54,023 nt of DNA from Blastocatellia bacterium (GTDB lineage Bacteria; Acidobacteriota; Blastocatellia; RBC074). The notes below the pieces were generated by a model. The model was not told the DNA's origin. It was given only the letters and a program-made list of their open reading frames with translations, and ran no database searches. Position 1 is the stretch's first letter; the number at the start of each line of letters is the position of its first letter. Positions 50,901 to 54,023 of this stretch are shown in pieces. A program made the position numbers and the translations under genes. The stretch lies in assembly GCA_043775925.1 (NCBI GenBank), contig JAYVRW010000291.1, positions 1 through 54,023 of the forward strand, read 5' to 3'.

Positions 50901-53900
50901 GTGTTTCTCCGCCAACTCTCGCTGTATCCGCGACGGCTGTTCCGGTTGATGCGTTTGTTCGATATGTTTGAACAGGCAATAATCCCGCAATTGAACCCGG
51001 TCTTGATGACGTTACGCTTGAATTTACAACTCGAACAGTATAATTTCCGCCGGCTAAACCCGCGAATGAATAATCGCCAGTCGCGTTTGTGGTTGTAAAT
51101 GAAACGAAGTTTCCTGCCGAATTAAATAATTCAACTCTCGCATTCGCACGAATTACGCCACTCGAAGTGGCTAAATCGCGTCCGGCTCCGCCGCCATAAT
51201 TGACATCTTCAAACACTTTACCGCCCAGGCTTAATGTGGCGGCGGCAATGGGGACAGTGGTGGGGTCAATCGTCGCGGCAATCGTCTGCGAGACGGAAGT
51301 CGCAGGAACAGTTAAATTGAAAGGAGCCGTGGTCACCGTGGCAGGTAAATCAGCGGTCGTGCCAGCATTGTCGGTAAGCACACCAGCGGCCGGTAATTCC
51401 GTACCTGTACCTTTGGCCTGATTGCTGAGACTGCCAGTGGCGCCGGCATTGATGGTGACCGGGATGGTGACGGTGATGACACCACCGATTTTCAGGACGC
51501 CACCAGCGGCGAGTAAATCCGAGACGGCGCCAGCGGCGGCTCCGGTGTAGGAAGCATTGGCAGTTGCGACGGTTCCCGTGCCCGTTGGCGTGACGGTGAT
51601 AGCGCCGGCTTTGGTGAGTCCGGCTGGCAACGCATCATTGATCTGGAAGGCATTGATATTGACGACGCCGGTGTTGGCATATTGCAAGGTGTAGGTCAGC
51701 GTATCGCCGGGCGTGATGGAACTGCTGGTGTCCGCATCGGTCGTCAGCTTGACGGATTTGAAGGCAAGGACGGAATTGTAGTTCACGGTGAAGTCGGCAC
51801 TGAATTCCGAGGTGTTGCCGAGACTGTCGGTGGCGGTCATCGTGATGGCGTCACCTGCGGCGAGTCCGGCCACGGCGAGGGAGGTATTGAATAAGCCATT
51901 GGCATCGGCGGTGATGGAGCCTAAATAGGTTATACCTTCGCCGTGTGGTTGGCTTAATCCATCGCCGGAAATCACTTCACCATTTTGATTGGCAGGTGAG
52001 TTATCTGCTTTGAAGATTTCGATGGTGGCATTGGCAAAGGTGGCATTTCCCACTCCCGCGATGCCGATGAAGCCTTTCAAACTTAGATTTCCACCGCTCA
52101 AGACGGCACTTGTGGCGATTGGATAATCCATATTATTATTTGGGAATGCTCCGAATAATAATCCGTTATTTGCTGTTACATTGTCTTCCGAATAATCTAT
52201 GGACAATCCAGCATTATCAAAGATGCTATTTTGACTAATTTTATTGCCTCTTCCTCCAAAAACGACAATGCCTGCTCCAGGTTTCCCCGGAGTGCCTGTT
52301 GTCTGGCTGATTATATTCTTTTCCAATAATGAGTTGTCGTTGCCAACAGATGCGCCAAGCTTGCAACCCCTTGTCATTGTATTGTTAAGAATTGTTGTTG
52401 TGGCAAGGATTTCAATAAAAGATCCGCCGGCGGCGTTAGGCGGATAAACGCTACAATCGTAATCGTGGAAAAGATTTCCGGTTACAGTTGTCGAAGCCTG
52501 CAAACTAAGAAAGTCACCATCAAGCGACGAATGATTGCCATGGTCGGTTCCGTTAAAAGCAAATTCGTTATTAGTAAATTGACTGCCTGCAGCGGTCGAT
52601 GCAATTGCTGCCGCGTAAAAGTTATACGCGAAATAATTATTTGAAAAAGATGAAGGACTATACATTAAAAATCCGCCTTGAGCGTTTTGTAACGCTCCTC
52701 CAGGATTTGAACCGTCTGCCAGGGTTCCAGCAAATAGTTGTTGATATTGTCCGTTGGTTGCCGATGCGTTAGCTATAACTCCATAGAAACTGCTATCGTA
52801 AAACGCAAATCCTTTCATAAAGACGTTGCTACCATCTACATACATTATCGTATCTGACATCGCTATCACAATTTCAGGCTTAGGAATGGTTGAAAGACTC
52901 AATCCGTCAACGCCAACCGTTCCGCCTGTGCCAACTGTTCCAGCATTCGTGTTGCCAACATTGACAGTTTGCGTGGTCGCATCAATCGAGGTATTTGAAT
53001 CTGAGATGACTGGCAAGGCTGATGCTAATGTAATTACTGCCGCACTAGTGTTTCCGCCCGTTCCATTAATTCCACTCGTCAAACCAGATCGCAATCCGGC
53101 GTGAGCCACGCCATCAGGAATCATAAAGATTGACACTTCTTTGCCGGAAGTTTGTCCCACTTGCGCAAGACCAGCATTCGTCAGAGCGTTTGAATTGGTG
53201 ATGAATTGGCGCAATGAACCTTGTCCAGTGTCGTATTTGTTGACAATGGTGTCGAAGTTGAAGCCGAAATCCAGTCCGGTGACATTGGTCGCGCTGAGTG
53301 TGACGGGAGTGATGGATTGGGTGGCGGTGACTAAGGTCGTCAACGATGACAAGGAGGCACTGGTGGTATTGGCGGCCGCATCCTGAAGGTCAGGCGCTTC
53401 GCCGCCAACTCTGGCGGTATCCGCGACCGCCGTTCCGGTGCTGGCATTGGTGCGGAAAGTCTGCACGGGCAGCAGTCCGGCGACATAACCTGAACGTGAA
53501 GAGGTGACGGATGAATTCACGACACGAACGGTGTAATTGCCAGCAGTTAAGCCCGTGAAGGAATAATCGCCAGTGGCATTGGTCGTGGTGGAACTGACAT
53601 ACGCGCCCGTAGCGTTATAAAGTTCGACGGTGGCATTTGGACGAACCACGCCGCTTGAAGTGGCTAAATCGCGTCCGGCTCCACCGCCGTAGTTGACATC
53701 TTCAAATACCTTACCGCCCAAACTGTATGTGGCGACAGCGGCAACCGTGACAGTGGTGGGATCAAGGGTGGCAGTAATCGTCTGCGCGACGGAAGTCGCG
53801 GGAATAGTTAAATTGTATGGAGCACCTGTAACCGTGGCGGGCAAATCAGCGGTCGCACCAGCATTGTCGGTGAGCACGCCAGCAGCCAGTAATTCCGTAC

Positions 53901-54023
53901 CAGTGCCTTTGGCTTGATTGCTGAGACTGCCAGTGGCGCCGGCATTGATGGTGACCGGGATGGTGACGGTGATGACGCCGCCGACTTTCAGGACGCTCCC
54001 GGCGGCGAGTAAATCAGAGACCG
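47953..54023 (-). CDS. Very large repetitive surface protein/adhesin (DUF11, SdrD-B-like and right-handed beta-helix modules); 5' end outside the window
   Basis: More than 2000 aa open to the window edge; repeated GKVFEDVNYGGG, VNxxDxGQGSLRQFITNSN, GNTSEFS, KSVKL..PGDTLTYT; GN-rich parallel beta-helix repeats. Confidence 0.9.
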   Translation of the reverse strand, partial: VSDLLAAGSVLKVGGVITVTIPVTINAGATGSLSNQAKGTGTELLAAGVLTDNAGATADLPATVTGAPYNLTIPATSVAQTITATLDPTTVTVAAVATYSLGGKVFEDVNYGGGAGRDLATSSGVVRPNATVELYNATGAYVSSTTTNATGDYSFTGLTAGNYTVRVVNSSVTSSRSGYVAGLLPVQTFRTNASTGTAVADTARVGGEAPDLQDAAANTTSASLSSLTTLVTATQSITPVTLSATNVTGLDFGFNFDTIVNKYDTGQGSLRQFITNSNALTNAGLAQVGQTSGKEVSIFMIPDGVAHAGLRSGLTSGINGTGGNTSAAVITLASALPVISDSNTSIDATTQTVNVGNTNAGTVGTGGTVGVDGLSLSTIPKPEIVIAMSDTIMYVDGSNVFMKGFAFYDSSFYGVIANASATNGQYQQLFAGTLADGSNPGGALQNAQGGFLMYSPSSFSNNYFAYNFYAAAIASTAAGSQFTNNEFAFNGTDHGNHSSLDGDFLSLQASTTVTGNLFHDYDCSVYPPNAAGGSFIEILATTTILNNTMTRGCKLGASVGNDNSLLEKNIISQTTGTPGKPGAGIVVFGGRGNKISQNSIFDNAGLSIDYSEDNVTANNGLLFGAFPNNNMDYPIATSAVLSGGNLSLKGFIGIAGVGNATFANATIEIFKADNSPANQNGEVISGDGLSQPHGEGITYLGSITADANGLFNTSLAVAGLAAGDAITMTATDSLGNTSEFSADFTVNYNSVLAFKSVKLTTDADTSSSITPGDTLTYTLQYANTGVVNINAFQINDALPAGLTKAGAITVTPTGTGTVATANASYTGAAAGAVSDLLAAGGVLKIGGVITVTIPVTINAGATGSLSNQAKGTGTELPAAGVLTDNAGTTADLPATVTTAPFNLTVPATSVSQTIAATIDPTTVPIAAATLSLGGKVFEDVNYGGGAGRDLATSSGVIRANARVELFNSAGNFVSFTTTNATGDYSFAGLAGGNYTVRVVNSSVTSSRPGSIAGLLPVQTYRTNASTGTAVADTARVGGETPSLADAGNGSTTLAALTTASTTAESIAPVTVGASNITGVDFGFNFDTIVNTNDSGQGSLRQFITNSNTLTNAGLAQVGQTAGKETSIFMISNGTAAAGLRSSLDYTSSGIATVTFTSAGTTITDNNTAVDGTTQPGASASPRNLLIQVSGPSLPDGTNMFGINSNNNIVRGLTINMNHSLAALYGNMFAIRINSTSTGNTIQCNNIGSNPAGTALVGRMGAGILVFGSSNQIGGTTGADRNLVVGNYKGIDFRNSAASNNTVQGNYIGTNISGTAILGQISSGIRLVSAGSNNLIGGTATGAGNLISGNASEAGVEIRLTAGTTIQGNLIGTTADGLAGLGNTNGHGIAIITSTNTLVGGATATARNIVSGNVIGIVINTNSTNNTVQGNYVGTDINGTSAIPNNQGFYLASTSNNQIGGSNSGEGNLISGNTNEGIYLDASANTNTFYGNLIGTEKTGVSALPNKFGVFALNIASAASNNIIGGIAPGQKNVIAFSTVTGVNMASGTNNTIRGNSIFKNGSLGIDLDYNLVSPNNGSIGSGANNGIDYPIATSAVLSGGNLTLKGFIGNAGAGNVAFANATIDIYKADNSPADQDGEVILGDGLSNPHGEGKTYLGTITADGNGLFNSSLAVTGLAAGDAITMTATDAVGNTSEFSPDSTIQTSTSTFEAVTAYKSVKLTTDVSGNSVVDPGDTLTYTINYLNTGVTNINSFQANDQIPTGLTLAGAPTVTVAGTGTTASVNGSYTGAAAGAVSNLLSAGGVLKVGGVITVTIPVTINAGTTGILSNQAKGTGTELLAAGVLTDNAGATADLSAIIAAAPYNLTIPVTSVSQTITASVDPTTFTITGLPLVTLVKAVTPTGDKQPGTDLTYQIVFTNTGNAAAQQLVIFDPIPNDTDYKLGSQTMTLGTTGLTMVAEFSNDFVAATPATATWTYVPVSGGGSADTGYDRNVKAVRWRVSAGTLSQISPNHTGEVGFSVKIR

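Overview
A 54-kb bacterial chromosomal segment, roughly mid-40s % GC by eye. Gene content (PEP-CTERM protein, VirB10-like secreted protein, CarD, DUF2339/DUF3999 pair, pilNO-type cluster) suggests Acidobacteriota, possibly Blastocatellia; this is an inference. Most of it is housekeeping (carD, dxr, cdsA, uppS, truA, glpK, glpF, thiG, trmL, ppa, sixA, mutL, aspS, hisS, fbaB). Accessory genes are interspersed: a convergent DNA methyltransferase plus PvuII-like endonuclease pair, two type II toxin-antitoxin modules, a DyP peroxidase and a very large modular adhesin running off the right edge. The top finding is a two-gene NLR/amyloid-signalling module at 44700-47630. A small Bell/HeLo-like helical protein ends in a Gly/Asn-rich motif (QSGDRNVNIGGSNSGTIMTGDKN), and the adjacent NB-ARC/TPR STAND ATPase begins with a matching motif (QSGNRNVYAVNNTGVIVTGDGN). 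This is a candidate prion-like cell-death or antiphage system. The second finding is an unannotated 24-aa peptide gene (36501-36575) with its own RBS and terminator, divergent from a membrane HD-GYP/GAF/GGDEF protein whose catalytic motifs are degenerate but whose I-site is intact. Many intergenic gaps carry REP/MITE-like or heptamer/nonamer tandem-repeat hairpins. No rRNA, tRNA, CRISPR array, integrase or transposase was recognised.
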